Source: Nemertoderma westbladi (Eukaryota; Animalia; Xenacoelomorpha). Taken from it: 64,000 nt of DNA. The stretch is from positions 191 through 64,190 of the forward strand of contig JAUCBJ010001501.1 of assembly GCA_032718475.1 (NCBI GenBank), in the 5' to 3' direction. The notes beneath the pieces were generated by a model. The model made no database searches. It had not been told where the DNA came from and saw nothing but the letters and a program-made list of their open reading frames with translations. Shown here in pieces: positions 13,501 through 26,808 of this stretch (its first letter is position 1; every line of letters starts with the position of its first letter). A program made the position numbers and the translations under genes.

Positions 13501-13830
13501 ACAGCACTGGACATCGCAAACTTGTACTTTTTGGTGATTGGTACGAAATTTGGTGCTAGCACCAAAATTTGCCAAATTACGCCGAAAAATACAAGTAGCA
13601 ATGATCTGGCATATTATAAATGTATTCCATTAGAATCAGCGCCCTAGAAAACCTGAAAATTAAAATTTATAACATCGTATAAGTGAATTAAAAATGTGTT
13701 CTAACTGAAAAGTGCTGGTTACTTGTTTTTTTCATTTTTTTCCTACGCAGGGAGGATTAAACACTAAACAGCCATTTATAGTAATCATATTATTTTTAAA
13801 TATTTTCTAATGTATTTTGCGCCCCAGAAA
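10525..13830 (+). mobile_element. Non-autonomous piggyBac-like DNA element with ~170-bp internal subrepeats; interrupted by RTE family B, right end missing
   Basis: Left end TTAA|CCCTATT at 10521-10531; recurring palindrome TTTGGTGCYAGCACCAAA; related segments at 16376-16980, 30943-31170 and inverted at 31950-32870. Confidence 0.65.
11347..13288 (+). mobile_element. RTE-clade retrotransposon, family B, internally deleted
   Basis: ORF 11500-12684 jumps from the endonuclease start (VGVQEHR) to RT (QNGFR, DFFKAFDS, QGDTLAP, FADD); premature TGA at 12682; C-terminal GHCFR; (TAG)n tail; 44-bp TSD at 11303-11346 and 13289-13332. Confidence 0.93.
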
Positions 13831-13869
13831 ACCTGTCTTGAAAAACAATCAGCCGAAAAGTGTTAGGTA

Positions 13870-15418
13870 ACCTAACCCAGGAGGCACACTTGGTTCAGGG
13901 TGTAACAAAAGGACCCCTACAGTCGGCAGCAGGGTCGTAGGCCATGGATAGGCAGAAGGTAATCAACCAACGGCTAGACATGCTGACAAGGTCGGCGGAA
14001 GATAATCAACCAACGGTGATCTACTGCGAAGATGCTTGTAGGAGTTGCGACCACAAGCGGTTTACTCCCGCAACTGAAAGATATGAGTATGAGAACCCTC
14101 CATGAGAAATACCGGCTCGGTCGTCGCCCGGGTCAACAAGGACCGCGTCCCCCAGTGGTACACCAGGCTGGGGTCGATAAATTGGGTACTGGAACAGAAG
14201 ACCGAGAAGAAAGAAGAACCAACCTGTTAAAATATGTAAAAAGACAATAAAGATTGCTACAATGAACGCACGCACGCTGAAAGCACATACCAAACATGGT
14301 GACATGGTCGCTCTGGCAATGGAATATAACATCGACATCATCTGCATCCAAGAACATCGCATTTGTCATGAAGACACTACCATGAAGTACAGTGACATTG
14401 GAAATGGATGGACGTTAGTAACAAGCTCAGCAGTAAGAAACTCGGCCAATGCATCAATTGGTGGAGTAGGAATTCTGCTAAGCCCATTTGCACTTAAGAC
14501 CCTAAACAACATCGAATCTATAAATTCCAGGGTTATTATCGCAACATTTGATGGGAATCCCAAGGCAACAGTTATATGTTGCTACAGTCCAACCAATGCC
14601 TCAGAGCCAGAACAAGCAGTCAAGTTTTATGAAGAACTGACTTTACTTATAAAGGACATTCCGAAACACAATGTTAAAGTCATTGCTGGTGACCTGAATG
14701 CCCAAATTGGCCCAGAAGACATCAAGGGTTACACCTATAACACCAGTTCTAACAGAAATGGGTACTTACTTTTAGACCTAATGGAAGAATGTGAATTGAT
14801 ACCAACAAACAACACATTCGAAAAGAGTAAGGGGAAGCTATGGACCTTTCAATACCCTAATGGAACCAAAGCACAACTGGATTACATCCTCATAAACAAA
14901 AAGTGGCGAAACAGCATGATCAACTGCGAGGCATACAGCTCGTTCAACCTAATTGGTTCGGACCACAGAATTGTGACTGCAGAGATTAGACTCAGTTTGA
15001 GAGCTAGCAAACTCAGGACAAGCAAGCAAATCAAATATGACTGGGAAAAACTCAGAACTGACAATGCTGTAAAGGATGCTTATACAGTAGAAGTTCAAAA
15101 CCGCTTTGAAGCACTTCAGTCAATGGATGAAGACCAATCCACCAATTCAATATACCAGAATATAATAACAGCCCACAAGGAATCAGCTAAGAGGCATATC
15201 CCCCAGAAACCCAAACGAAAACAATATGTGCCATGGCAAAACTCTGAGGTTACTTGTAAGAGAGAAGATCTTAAGATAGCCTACAAAGTTAAAACCGAAC
15301 AACCAACAACCGGAAACATTAACAAGGTTGAGAAAGCTAAGGACGATCTTAAATTGGCCTACAACATCAGCCAGGAAAAGTACATACAGGATAAAACTGA
15401 AGCAATTACAACTGCTCA
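13870..15418 (+). mobile_element. RTE family A copy 2 (part of the 5' UTR plus endonuclease; 3'-truncated)
   Basis: ORF 14262-15443 encodes APE endonuclease (NARTL, CIQEHR, CYSPTN, GDLNA, SDH); near-identical to copy 1; its 5' end matches 44988-45043. Confidence 0.95.
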
Positions 15419-15424
15419 ATGTCT

Positions 15425-16287
15425 TAATGGCCTGCATGGCTAATAAAACTAATATAATTTATTGGTTAAGGGCCAGCATGGCTAATATAATATTTTGGAT
15501 AAGGGCCAGCATGGGTAATATATTTTTTTGGTTAATGGCCTGCATGGCTAATAAAACTAATATAATTTATTGTTTAAGGGCCAGCATGGCTAATTTAATT
15601 TATTGGTTAATGGCCAGCATGGCTAATATAATATATATTGGTTAAGGGCCAGCATGACTAATATAATTTTTTGGTTAATGGCCAGCATGGCCAATATAAT
15701 ATATTGGTTAAGGGCCAGCATGGCTAATTTAATTTATTGGTTAATGGCCAGCATGGCTAATATAATATTTTGGATAAGGGCCAGCATGGCTAATATATTT
15801 TTTTGGTTAATGGCCTGCATGGCTAATAAAACTAATATAATTTATTGGTTAAGGGCCAGCATGGCTAATATAATATTTTGGATAAGGGCCAGCATGGCTA
15901 ATATATTTTTTTGGTTAATGGCCTGCATGGCTAATAAAACTAATATAATTTATTGGTTAAGGGCCAGCATGGCTAATTTAATTTATTGGTTAATGGCCAG
16001 CATGGCTAATATAATATTTTGGATAAGGGCCAGCATGGCTAATATATTTTTTTTGGTTAATGGCCAGCATGGCTAATAAAACTAATATAATTTATTGGTC
16101 AAGGGCCAGCATGGCTAATATAATATTTTGGATAAGGGCCAGCATGGCTAATATAATTTTTTGGTTAAGGGCCAGCGTGGCTAATATAATTTTTTGGTTA
16201 AGGGCCAGCCTGGCTAATATAATTTATCGGTTAATGGCCAGCGTGGCTAAAATAATATATATTGGTTAAGGGCCAGCATGGCTAATT
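15425..16287. repeat. Minisatellite, 33-bp unit with 39-bp variant (TTGGTTAAGGGCCAGCATGGCTAATATAATTT)
   Basis: About 25 units; the 39-bp variant recurs in a higher-order pattern. Confidence 0.95.
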
Positions 16288-16375
16288 AACTATTCACAAT
16301 TAACAATTTTTAAATATGCCGCATTTACCCCATGACGCCCTTACCCGCATTCACCCAATAGCTTCATTTTTTAAC

Positions 16376-16980
16376 CCTACTTTTGGCACTTTTTTGAGAC
16401 ATTCTTTGAAAATTACATTTCATAAAATACGATTTGCAAAATAAATATTTTTGAATTACACCTGTTTTTTGATGTTCGTAATTAGATGGAATTCATATAA
16501 AATAAGTTTAGAAATTTCAAACTTGTTTTTTCGGCGGGTGCGAAATTTTGGTGCCAGCACCAAATTTGAAAATACATCGATTTTGTAAATAGGTTGTTTG
16601 AACCTATTTTTTTGCGCAATATGTTTTTTTGGGATTCTCTTTTCGATTGAATATTTAAGAGTTGCACCATATATATCAATATTGTATTTTTCGATACTGT
16701 GTGTAAAATTTGGTGCAAGCACAAAATTTTAAAAACTATTCAATAGTTAATTAGATTATGACATCTTATTTCTTGCATTTTAGAGGATTATCGGGGTTCT
16801 GAATTCAATGGAATAAATAATTATATAACTAGACATCTTAAACTTGTATTTTTCGAAAGTGGGTGCAAAATTTGGTCCTAGCACCAAATTTTGAAACCTA
16901 TCAAATATATAAATTGATCGTGTCACCTTGTTACTTGCGTTATACAGTACGGGTTTGTGGTGTTTCTGAATTCAATTGAT
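16376..16980 (+). mobile_element. Fragment of the DNA-element family found at 10525-13830
   Basis: TACTTTTGGCACTTTTTTGAGAC... is collinear with 10736-11340. Confidence 0.8.
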
Positions 16981-17139
16981 TAAGTGAAAATATAAATCAA
17001 AATTTGTGCCAAAATTTGAAAAATAGCATGACTGGCACGAATAATTCCATCAAAAATTGACATAACTTTACAAAGGTTTCAGGTAATTGGAATCTACGTC
17101 AAATTTTGCATTAGTTTGGATGTTTTCTAAAGAAAGTTA

Positions 17140-17870
17140 AAATTCTCTAATTTTTTTATTGGACCACCTTAAGTGTGTATTAGTGTATGATACAGCACAT
17201 TTAAAATATTTATATAATACAACCTTTAGTATAGGTTTCGAACGACCGCTCTTTTCTGGTCTGCTGTAGAAAATTCTGAAATTCCTCGATATTTTTTTGG
17301 TTACCAGTGCGTATATCATATGATTATTCTAAGATAATATATTCTCCACCCAAATTAATACACATAAATTTTGTAAAATTTGTATATAATATGCACCATG
17401 GTGCATGATTTTTATGCAGTTTGGGAATGTATAGAGATACTGTTACATACTGTTAGAACGAAGATAATAAATAAGCCAATGTCAGCGACTAAATTTAATA
17501 CGTACAGAACTACAATGAACCCCGACTTGGAACCACACCCCATTTACTCCTGTTTAAATCCGCTGATCCCCGACCACAACAGAAAACATTTCACTAAATT
17601 GCGTCTAATGTCCCACAGACTTAAGGTTGAAACGGGTCGTTGGAGTCGCATCCCTCCTGAGCAACGTATCTGCTGCTGTAACACAAACCTAATACAAGAC
17701 GAGCCTCACGTACTATTATTTTGTCACCTGACGGATGATATAAGAATAGAATACGGACTAAAATATAATAGTTTGATAGACTTGTTTAAAGAAACGTACA
17801 GTGCACCGGTACTACTATGTAAATTTATTGAAGCAGTATTAAAAGTTTTTTCGAAATTAATTAATAAATT
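17140..17870 (+). mobile_element. Degenerate 3' end of a LINE (RT C-terminal zinc-binding region)
   Basis: RKHFTKLRLMSHRLKVETGRW...ICCC...DEPHVLLFC in ORF 17380-17985. Confidence 0.8.
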
Positions 17871-18545
17871 AGAAATAATAATATTAGTAAGTGTTATTTA
17901 CTTTTATATTTACTTAGTTTGTGCAAAAATTATATTGATTATATTAATATTGCTGTTTTTTGCGATCGTAATACATTACTATTAGGCTATACTGTAGTGT
18001 GCAAAATATGATTTTGGCGAAAATTAAAGGCTGAACGGGCCAGTAAACCGTTCACTACTACTACTACTATAACAACCAGGGCCATATTTAGGGGGGGGGG
18101 GGGGGGGGGGGCGAAGGCCCCCCCACCACAGGGGGCCCCCCACCACGATCCCACAACTATAGTGATCGACCAAACTATTGAGGAGCCGAACCGGAACCGA
18201 ACTGAAATGGAACATAGCAATTTTGAATTTTGTCACTTATTTTTCCCAAACTGCCAAAATAAATGAAAAACAAAAACAAAAAGTTCGTGTGAAAAACAGT
18301 AAATATTTTTATATCTTGTGAAAAAATATTTTTTTCACTTTTGATTCTTGCATTTTTTGATCAGATGTTTTTATATTGATATAAACAGGAACATGCTTCA
18401 AATTTCTAATTTCTACGTTTAATATAGGGATGTGAATTTTCCTGAAAAATGTTTTTTGTATTATTATTATTATTATTACACTCTATTAAAATTAATATTA
18501 AAATGGGGAAACACCATCAAGTCTCAATTAAATTACACTAATAGG

Positions 18546-20302
18546 TGAAAGCACATAGCAAACAGGGTGACATGGTTGCTCTGGCAATGGAATATAACAT
18601 TGACATCATCTACATCCAAGAACATCGGATTTGTCATGAAGACACTGCCATGAAGTACAATGACATTGGAAATGGATGGACGTTAGTAACAAGCTCAGCA
18701 GTAAGAAACTCGGCCAATGCATCAATTGGCGGAGTAGGAATTCTGCTAAGACCATTTGCACTTAAGACCCTAAACAACATCGAATCTATAAATTCCAGGG
18801 TTATGATCGCAACATTTGATGGGAATCCCAAGACAACAGTTATATGTTGCAATAGAACAAGCATATAGAACAAGCAGTCAAGTTTTATGAAGGAAGATCT
18901 GACTGGACTTATAAAGGACATTCCAAAACACAATGTTAAAGTCATTGCTGGTGACCTGAATGCGCAAATTGGCCCAGAAAACATCAAGGGTTACACCTAT
19001 AACACCAGTTCTAACAGAAATGGGTACTTACTTTTAGACCTAATGGAAGAATGTGAATTGATACCAACAAACAACACATTCGAAAAAGGGGAAGCTAAAG
19101 ACTTTTCAATACCCTAATGGAACCAAAGCACAACTGGATTACATCCTTATAAACAAAAAGTGGAGAAACAGCATGATCAACTGCGAGGCATACAGCTCGT
19201 TCAACCTAATTGGTTCGGATTGTGACTGCAGAGATCAGACTCAGTTTGAGAGCCTGCAAACCCAGGACAAGCAAGCAAATCAAATATGACTGGGAGAAAC
19301 TCAGAACAGACAATGTTGTAAAGGATGCTTACACATTAGAAGTTCAAAACCGCTTTGAAGCACTTCAGTCAATGGATGAAGACTAGTCCACCGATTCAAT
19401 ATACCAGAATATAGTAACAGCCCTCAAGGAATTAGCTAAGAGGCATATTCCCCCCAGAAACCCAAACGAAAACAGTATGTGCCATGGCAAAACTCTGAGG
19501 TTACTTGTAAGAGAGAAGATCTTAAGATAGCCTACAAAGTTAAAACCGAACAACCAACAACAGAAACATTAACAAGGTTGAGAAAGCTAAGGACGATCTT
19601 AAATTGGCCTACAACATCAGCCAGGAAAAGTACATACAGGATAAAATTGAAGCAATTACAAGTGCTCACATACAGCAACAATCAAGACTTACCTGGCAAA
19701 CTGTAAATGAGGTATCTGGTCGGAAAAGTTGTGCAAAGGGTCGCCTCAAAGCCGATAGTCCCGAAGAACGTGTTGGGAAGTGGAAAAATCACTTCAGCAA
19801 CTTGCTTGGGCAGCCACCAAACATCGAGGTCAGCCCTACAAGGAAAATATATGACAAGACACTACCTATAGAAACAGGGGAAGTCACACCTGCCGAACTA
19901 CAAAGAAGCATTAATAGCATGTCCAATAATAAAGCAAGTGGATTAGATGAAATCCCAGCGGAGGTATGGAAAACAGGAGTGCTAAACAGACCATTATTGA
20001 ATGTTTGCAACCGGATGTTAAAAGAGGAAAAGCCACCACCAATTAGGTCAACTAAAGGTCAACTAAAGCCTCTCCCCAAGAAAGGAGACCTCTGTATACC
20101 AACAAACTATCGTGGGATCTGTCTGTTTGTGGTAGCTGCCAAAATATACAATAAAATGATTCTATATAGGATTAGGCCTCACACAGAGAAACTACTGCGT
20201 AAGAGCCAAAACGGATTTCGACCGAGTAGATCAACAATAGCTCGGCAGATACTTGCACTACAGACACTGATTGAAGGGATTAAGTCGAAGAATCTCCCCG
20301 CA
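18546..20302 (+). mobile_element. RTE family A copy 3 (5'- and 3'-truncated, multiple frameshifts)
   Basis: Collinear with copies 1, 2 and 4 from KAHSKQGDMV to IKSKNLP. Confidence 0.95.
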
Positions 20303-20388
20303 ATTGTTATTAACAACTGTTTATATGCAGTTTTATATACGCAGTTATGCACAATGCATTATTTATTACATGCATTTTATATGCAATT

Positions 20389-21768
20389 TCTACACATACA
20401 CTACTGCTCTACACATACACTACTGCTTTACGGCCTACACTACTGCCCTACACATACACTACTGTTCTACGGCCTACACTACTGCTCTATTCATACACTA
20501 CTGCTCTACGGCCTACACTACTGCTCTACATATACACTACTACTCTACGGCCTACACTACTGCTCTACACATACACTACTACTGCTCTACAGCCTACACT
20601 ACTGCTCTACACATACACTACTGCTCTATGGCCTACACTAATACTCTACACATACACTACTGCTCTACGGCCTACACTACTGCTCTACATATACACTACT
20701 GCTCTACGGCCTACACTAATACTCTACACATACACTACTACTCTACAGCCTACACTACTGCTCTACACATACACTACTGCTCTACGGCCTACACTACGGC
20801 TCTACACATACACTACTACTCTACGGCCTACGCTACTGCTCTACATATACACTACTGCTCTCAGCCTACACCACTGCTCTACACATACACTACTGCTCTA
20901 CAGCCTACACTACTGCTCTACAAATACACTACTACTCTACGGCCTACACTACTGCTCTACAGCCTACACTACTTCTCTACACATACACTAATGCTCTACG
21001 GCCTACACTACTGCTCTACATATACACTACTACTCTACGGCCTACACTACTGCTCTACACATACACTACTGCTCTACAGCCTACACTACTGCTCTACACA
21101 TACACTACTGCACTACACATACACTACTGCTCTACGGCCTACACTACTGCTCTACACATACACTACTGCTCTACGGCCTACACTACTGCTCTACACATAC
21201 AATACTGCTCTACGGCCTACACTACTGCACTACACATACAATACTGCTCTACGGCCTACACTACTGCTCTACACATACACTACTGCACTACGGCCTGGAC
21301 TACTGCTCTACACATACACTACTGCTCTACGGCCTACACGACTGCACTACACATACAATACTGCTCTACGGCCTAGACTACTGCTCTACACATACACTAC
21401 TACTCTACGGCCTACACTACTGCACTACACATACACTACTACTATACGGCCTACACTACTGCTCTACGGCCTACACTACTGCTCTACACATACACTACTG
21501 CTCTACGGCCTACACTACTGCTCTACACATACACTACTGCTCTACGGCCTACACTACTGCTCTACACATACACTACTACTCTACGGCCTACACTACTGCT
21601 CTACATATACACTACTACTCTACGGCCTACACTACTGCTCTACACATACACTACTACTCTACGGCCTACACTACTGCACTACACATACACTACTGCTCTA
21701 CAGCCTACACTACTGCTCTACACATACACTACTACTCTACGGCCTACACTACTGCTCTACACATACAC
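20389..21768. repeat. Minisatellite, 39-bp heterodimer (TACACTACTGCTCTACGGCC + TACACTACTGCTCTACACA)
   Basis: About 35 dimer units; explains the repetitive ORFs 20271-21854 and 20347-20991. Confidence 0.95.
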
Positions 21769-21983
21769 AGTACAGTAGATCACATATGGACATCATTGCC
21801 GAATTCGATGTTCCCAAGGAAAACTATAATAAAGGATTATTAGTTCGCGGGTAATTGGCATTCGATTTCGTGAACTTTAAATTTGAAGATTTATCGAGAT
21901 AGTGGAACCTATAATGCACATTTCGATCTCTGAACAGAGCCATTGAATGAAGCTCCATAAGTAGTTGTTTCTGGGTTATTTCT

Positions 21984-23645
21984 ATGCAGTTACCAATGCC
22001 AACCGTTCATGAACTGGCAGACGACCAATGGTACAACTCACCCATAACGGCGGATGAGGTGTTGGCTTCAATAGGGAAATCTTCTGATAAAAAGGCATGT
22101 GGACCTGATCGCGTTTTTAATGAGCATATTAAAATAAGCGCATCTGTGATCTTAACAACACTAGTATGTTTATACAACATGTGTTTAGACATTGGCAAAA
22201 TACCACTCCAATGGAAAACGAGTTTAATCAAGATAATGTATAAAGTGACGGGAAATAAATCATTACCGGACAATTACCGTGGGATAGCTTTAATCTGTGT
22301 CATGCTTAAAATGCTGACCACTATTATAAACCAGAGAGTTAGAAAGCACATTGCTCACCTATTACCGGAAGAGCAGTATGGCTTTACGTGTGGTAAATCT
22401 ACGTTGCATGCCCTTAAAAAGCTCCTTGACGACGTATCCACTATCATCAACAATGCCAGCCGCCCATCATCTCAGAGAGTAGTTTATGCAGCATTCGTAG
22501 ACCTACGGAAGGCATTTGATCTTGTAAATCGATCAATCCTAATGTACAAGCTCTACACTATATTTGGCGTAAAGGGTAAAGTGTATAATCTTATCAGGGA
22601 CATATTTCGGAACACAGTAAAAATTTACGATGGCATAAAACTCTCAAACCCAATAGAGCAGTTACGAGGAATACTCCAAGGAGACTGTTTTTCTCCAACA
22701 TGTTTTTTGATGTTCATCGCAGATCTTGCCTCGACATTACGTCTCATTGCTGATACTCTCAGGTTTATATTTTTCGCAGATGATTTAGTAATCTATTCAT
22801 CAAATCGAGAACACATTCAAACAGCGCTACACGAGCTCCACAAATGGTGCAAATTAAACAAAATGGCTGTAAATTTAAAGAAAACCAAAATTTTGAAATT
22901 TAGAAGGGGAGGCCCATTACGCAGAACAGATAAATTAATATACAATAATGAGAATGTGGAATTTTGTAACCATTATAAATATTTGGGAGTTATCTTGCAG
23001 CCAACACTTTGTTTCTCTAAACATATAGATACGAAGAAGAGGATATCTTATGCCGCAATTGGCTGCTTGAGGAACCTGCAGCTAATATCAATAGCCACAG
23101 GGGTAAAAATATTTAGAATGAAAATAGAACCGATGGTCACCTACGCATTTTCTGAGATTGGCATATATTTTACACTATCCAACCTCAAAGACATAGATAG
23201 AATAAAAGCAGCTTTTATGAAACGTCTTCTAGGATTGCCAAAAAATGCGTCCAATACAATGGCTTTGAAACTTATAGGCACTCCAACCTTTATAGAAGAT
23301 CTAATAACGAAAAGACCCTTAATGTTCAAGGCAAATATTATTGAACAATACAAAGCTTGCCGTGTTGAAAAGGAAACAATATTTGAATCCATGAATTATA
23401 AACGTGGACCTGCCTTCGCATCAGAAACTTGGAGACAGCCTGGACAAACCAACCGACATGCTGTGACAAGAGCTACATTCCATGGATTCCATTATAAAAT
23501 CTGTTCCAATAAACATCCTTTCCATGAAATTAGCACTGATTGCCGCTGTATCTACTGCGATGAAGAAGATATACAACTACATCATGCATTAACATGCAAG
23601 GGCTGTCTCTCTCTCAACGCACTAGCAAACAACTATGCATTGTAA
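21984..23645 (+). mobile_element. 5'-truncated APE-type LINE (CR1/L2/RTEX-like): open RT ORF with C-terminal Cys/His finger
   Basis: GPD, NYRGIAL, EQYGF, FVDLRKAFD, GILQGDCFSP, FADD, YKYLG; C-terminal CRCIYC...HALTC; no endonuclease within the ORF. Confidence 0.9.
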
Positions 23646-24114
23646 ACAATGATACATTATTGCAACTTCGTTCTGTGCACGTTCTTTTACAATTTATTTA
23701 TTAACTAATAAAATATTCCTTTTACCCCGGTTTGGGGTGTATCTTGTTTTAAAATTTCTATGCAGTTACTAAAGATTGAGTAAATCATTTTTTAAATGGA
23801 TTTTCCTTACCAATATTACTTTTCATAACATAATTCTAGAAACACCAATGGAAAACTTATATTATTCAATAATATATCATGAGAAGGAATATTTCATATT
23901 ATATTATTTAGCTGCTATTTTAACTTTTATTTACAATAAATAAAATTATTTTATTTTTAGTTTGAATAGTATGGTGTGATGACTCATCTATTCCTTCTAT
24001 TATCGTTCTCGCTATTCCTTGTTCAACAACAAGTAGAAGATCATAGTAGCCATATATGGTGGTGGTGAACAATTATTATATTTATTGTGTTGCACCTTTA
24101 ACCTTACGTCATAC

Positions 24115-24362
24115 GGCAGGGTAGCTCAGTTGGTTGAGAGGCCGGGCCTGCAATCTATTGGTTGTAGGTACGAGCCCCCCCCCCCCCCCCCCAGGGTCCA
24201 CTCAGCCTTTCATCCACTAGGGTCGATAAAATGAGTACCAGTTAAATAACTGGGGGCAAATCTTGGGATAGGAGTAGCACCTACCCCTACCATCGGGTAG
24301 CAGCTATCGAAAGGGGAGCCTTCGGGTCGCCTCCGGCTTCGGCCGACTGTTTGTTTTGTTTG
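24115..24362 (+). mobile_element. tRNA-derived SINE with a Nin-domain-like core
   Basis: A box TAGCTCAGTTGG, B-box-like GGTACGAGCCC, core CCACTCAGCCTTTCATCC...GGGTCGATAAAATGAGTACC, 3' stem-loops and a (TTTG)n tail. Confidence 0.8.
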
Positions 24363-24408
24363 CCTTTAATGTGTAATTGATTATATTATTTTGATGTTAA
24401 CTGTATCC

Positions 24409-25112
24409 GTGAGGTTTGATCAAGAAACCGACATACGGTTAACAAAAAATAATTTCGTGTTTTTTATTGATTCAAATAAACATTTTTATGCTGAATCGAT
24501 CACACTGAAAACAGATTGCAAATCCGATAAAATGTTGTCGAGATATTGAGTTTTGAAAATTAGTAGTCTAATGACCAAATATTAACAAAGTTTTGAGAAA
24601 AACGGCTTTGCAGCATTATTTTAATTTTTATTATTATTGGAGATCACTCTGTCTGTCTGTCTGAATACCTTGTCTGTTTGTCTGTCAAAAAATATAACAA
24701 ATAAATAAGTAAAGCACCACCACCTACATTTTTTTGCTATTGGGCTTTTATCTGCCGATGATTTCAATTGCGATGTCGGTTTTCACTATTTACCGAATCT
24801 AGACGATTGTCTGCCTGTCAGTCAGTCTGTCTGTTTTTGGTATGTCTGTCTTTCTGTTAAAATTTAAGAAAGCGTACAAACTCTTTAAAGTTTGTGCTAT
24901 AGGGTTTTCCTTGGTGGTAATAACATTGAAAATGTCACTGGGTGGTAATTACATTTAAAATTTCACTTTTCCAGTTTGATGAAATATAGACTTTCTGTCT
25001 GTCTGAGAAATAAATCAAATTAACAAACAATTTTATTTATGGGGTTTTATTGGTCGGTGATTTCATTTCCGATATGTATTATTACGTATTATTGATTATT
25101 TAAGGTTTGTAA

Positions 25113-25143
<31 letters not shown>

Positions 25144-25701
25144 AAAAATGACAGTCAGGATCGCGTCAAACCCATAAATCGACATTGGAAATAGAATCGT
25201 CATCCAAGAAAACCCCCAAAGCAAAACATTTTGTTAGATATCATGTTTCCCTAATTTTTGACAGACAAACCGACACCCAGACAGAGAGACTGATCGACAG
25301 TCTAGAATCCGTCAGAAGAACCATCCAACCAGAAGCAACAGGGGAAGTAACATTTGAAATGAAATCAACGAACAGGAAAACTCATAGCGAAAATTATCCT
25401 GTATGACAAATACAATTACAGTAATTTGAAAAACTAATGCCTATCTTACAATAAAATTGGCCCCTTAAATTTATAATAATTTCAAAATTAGTGAAGTCTA
25501 CAAAAAATCAAATAACTCCAAAACTATAATAGATATGAAAATTTCGTTTACAATTTCAGAATTACCAACAAATTCCGTTCTAGAATAAGTAAAAAAATAA
25601 AATTCGATTTTTTAAAACCAAATGAACTATTTTTACTTCAACCTCTAATTCTGTGAAATAATATTTTGCAACGCTAGGTCGATTTCTTGATCAAACCTCA
25701 C
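24409..25701. mobile_element. Non-autonomous DNA transposon, 24-bp TIRs, superfamily uncertain
   Basis: GTGAGGTTTGATCAAGAAACCGAC (24409-24432) versus reverse complement at 25678-25701, one mismatch; internal (CTGT)n segments. Confidence 0.8.
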
Positions 25702-26808
25702 CTATACTTACCACATAATTGGATTTTCTTTGCTGTCTATGAAGCTACTTCCCCTGCAGGCCATTTATCCTATTTAATACAGTAAAAATACAATATTCTG
25801 AATCATTTTGTTCATCACATACGTAGCTGGGCAACAATGCAATACCTCTTTAATTATACTATTACGTAGCTATTCATGCATAAACAAAATGTTCTAGAAT
25901 ATGATATTTTTACTTAATAGAATAAAATAACCTCGCACAGATGCAAAACCATGCAACTTTTGAACTATCAAATCTCAGAAATTTTTCAACAAATTCAGAT
26001 TATGTTACATATTTTGAAACCTTGCATGGCCAGCTTTCAATCAGTACCAACAAATCACTATAATATTGAAGAATAACTGAAGTGTAACTGGTGAAAAATA
26101 TAGCCGGAGACACCATTTTCAAACTTTGTAGTATTTATAATTGTATGTGTATCGTATATGTAATCATTGTTTACCATACAGTAAGAATGTTTTAGCAGAA
26201 TATGTATCAAAAATTTTATTCAAAAATTGTAAATTCTTAAATTTAGAGCGTTACGGCCCTCGTTTACATCACTCGTTGCGTAACGCTATAAATTGCTATT
26301 TTATGAACAATGGCTTAATGTTAAATTAAGTTAAAGATATAACTATTTACATACTTGTGTGTAAAGTAGGCCTAGCACTTTACAGTGTGATGATCCGAGT
26401 GCTTTGTTACAAGAACGAACGTAATGAGTGAATGAGTAATGAATGAGGATCGCCTAGAACACTGTAAAGTACTTTGCTACAAGTGTATGTAGTTTTATTC
26501 CAAAATTTTAACATTACGAAATGATTGTATATATATTATAAGTGATAGAAACTGCACAAATTAAATTGACATTGACATAAATTATGTTATAAAAATATTA
26601 GCTTATATTTATGGTGGTGTTTGGAGCCATGTTAATTGTTTATACCTACTGGTTATTAATAGCTAACGGTAGGTAATGCAGTAGGCCTTATCTGGCTGTC
26701 AGGCAATTTATATTAGATTCCAACTATTGTGTATGTGGTTACCATGACGGCGTAACTTTACGGTCACGCAGCTTTACACTTTACCTAAATAATAACACGA
26801 AATACAAT

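Noticed and set aside
15328-16269. Hydrophobic repeat ORFs (MANIIFWLRAS)n
   Set aside because: Minisatellite translation broken by frameshifts; no unique coding flanks
20271-21854. 527-aa and 214-aa His/Tyr/Thr-rich ORFs
   Set aside because: Translations of a 39-bp minisatellite that lacks stops in several frames
24115-24190. tRNA gene
   Set aside because: No complete cloverleaf; continues into a SINE core and tail
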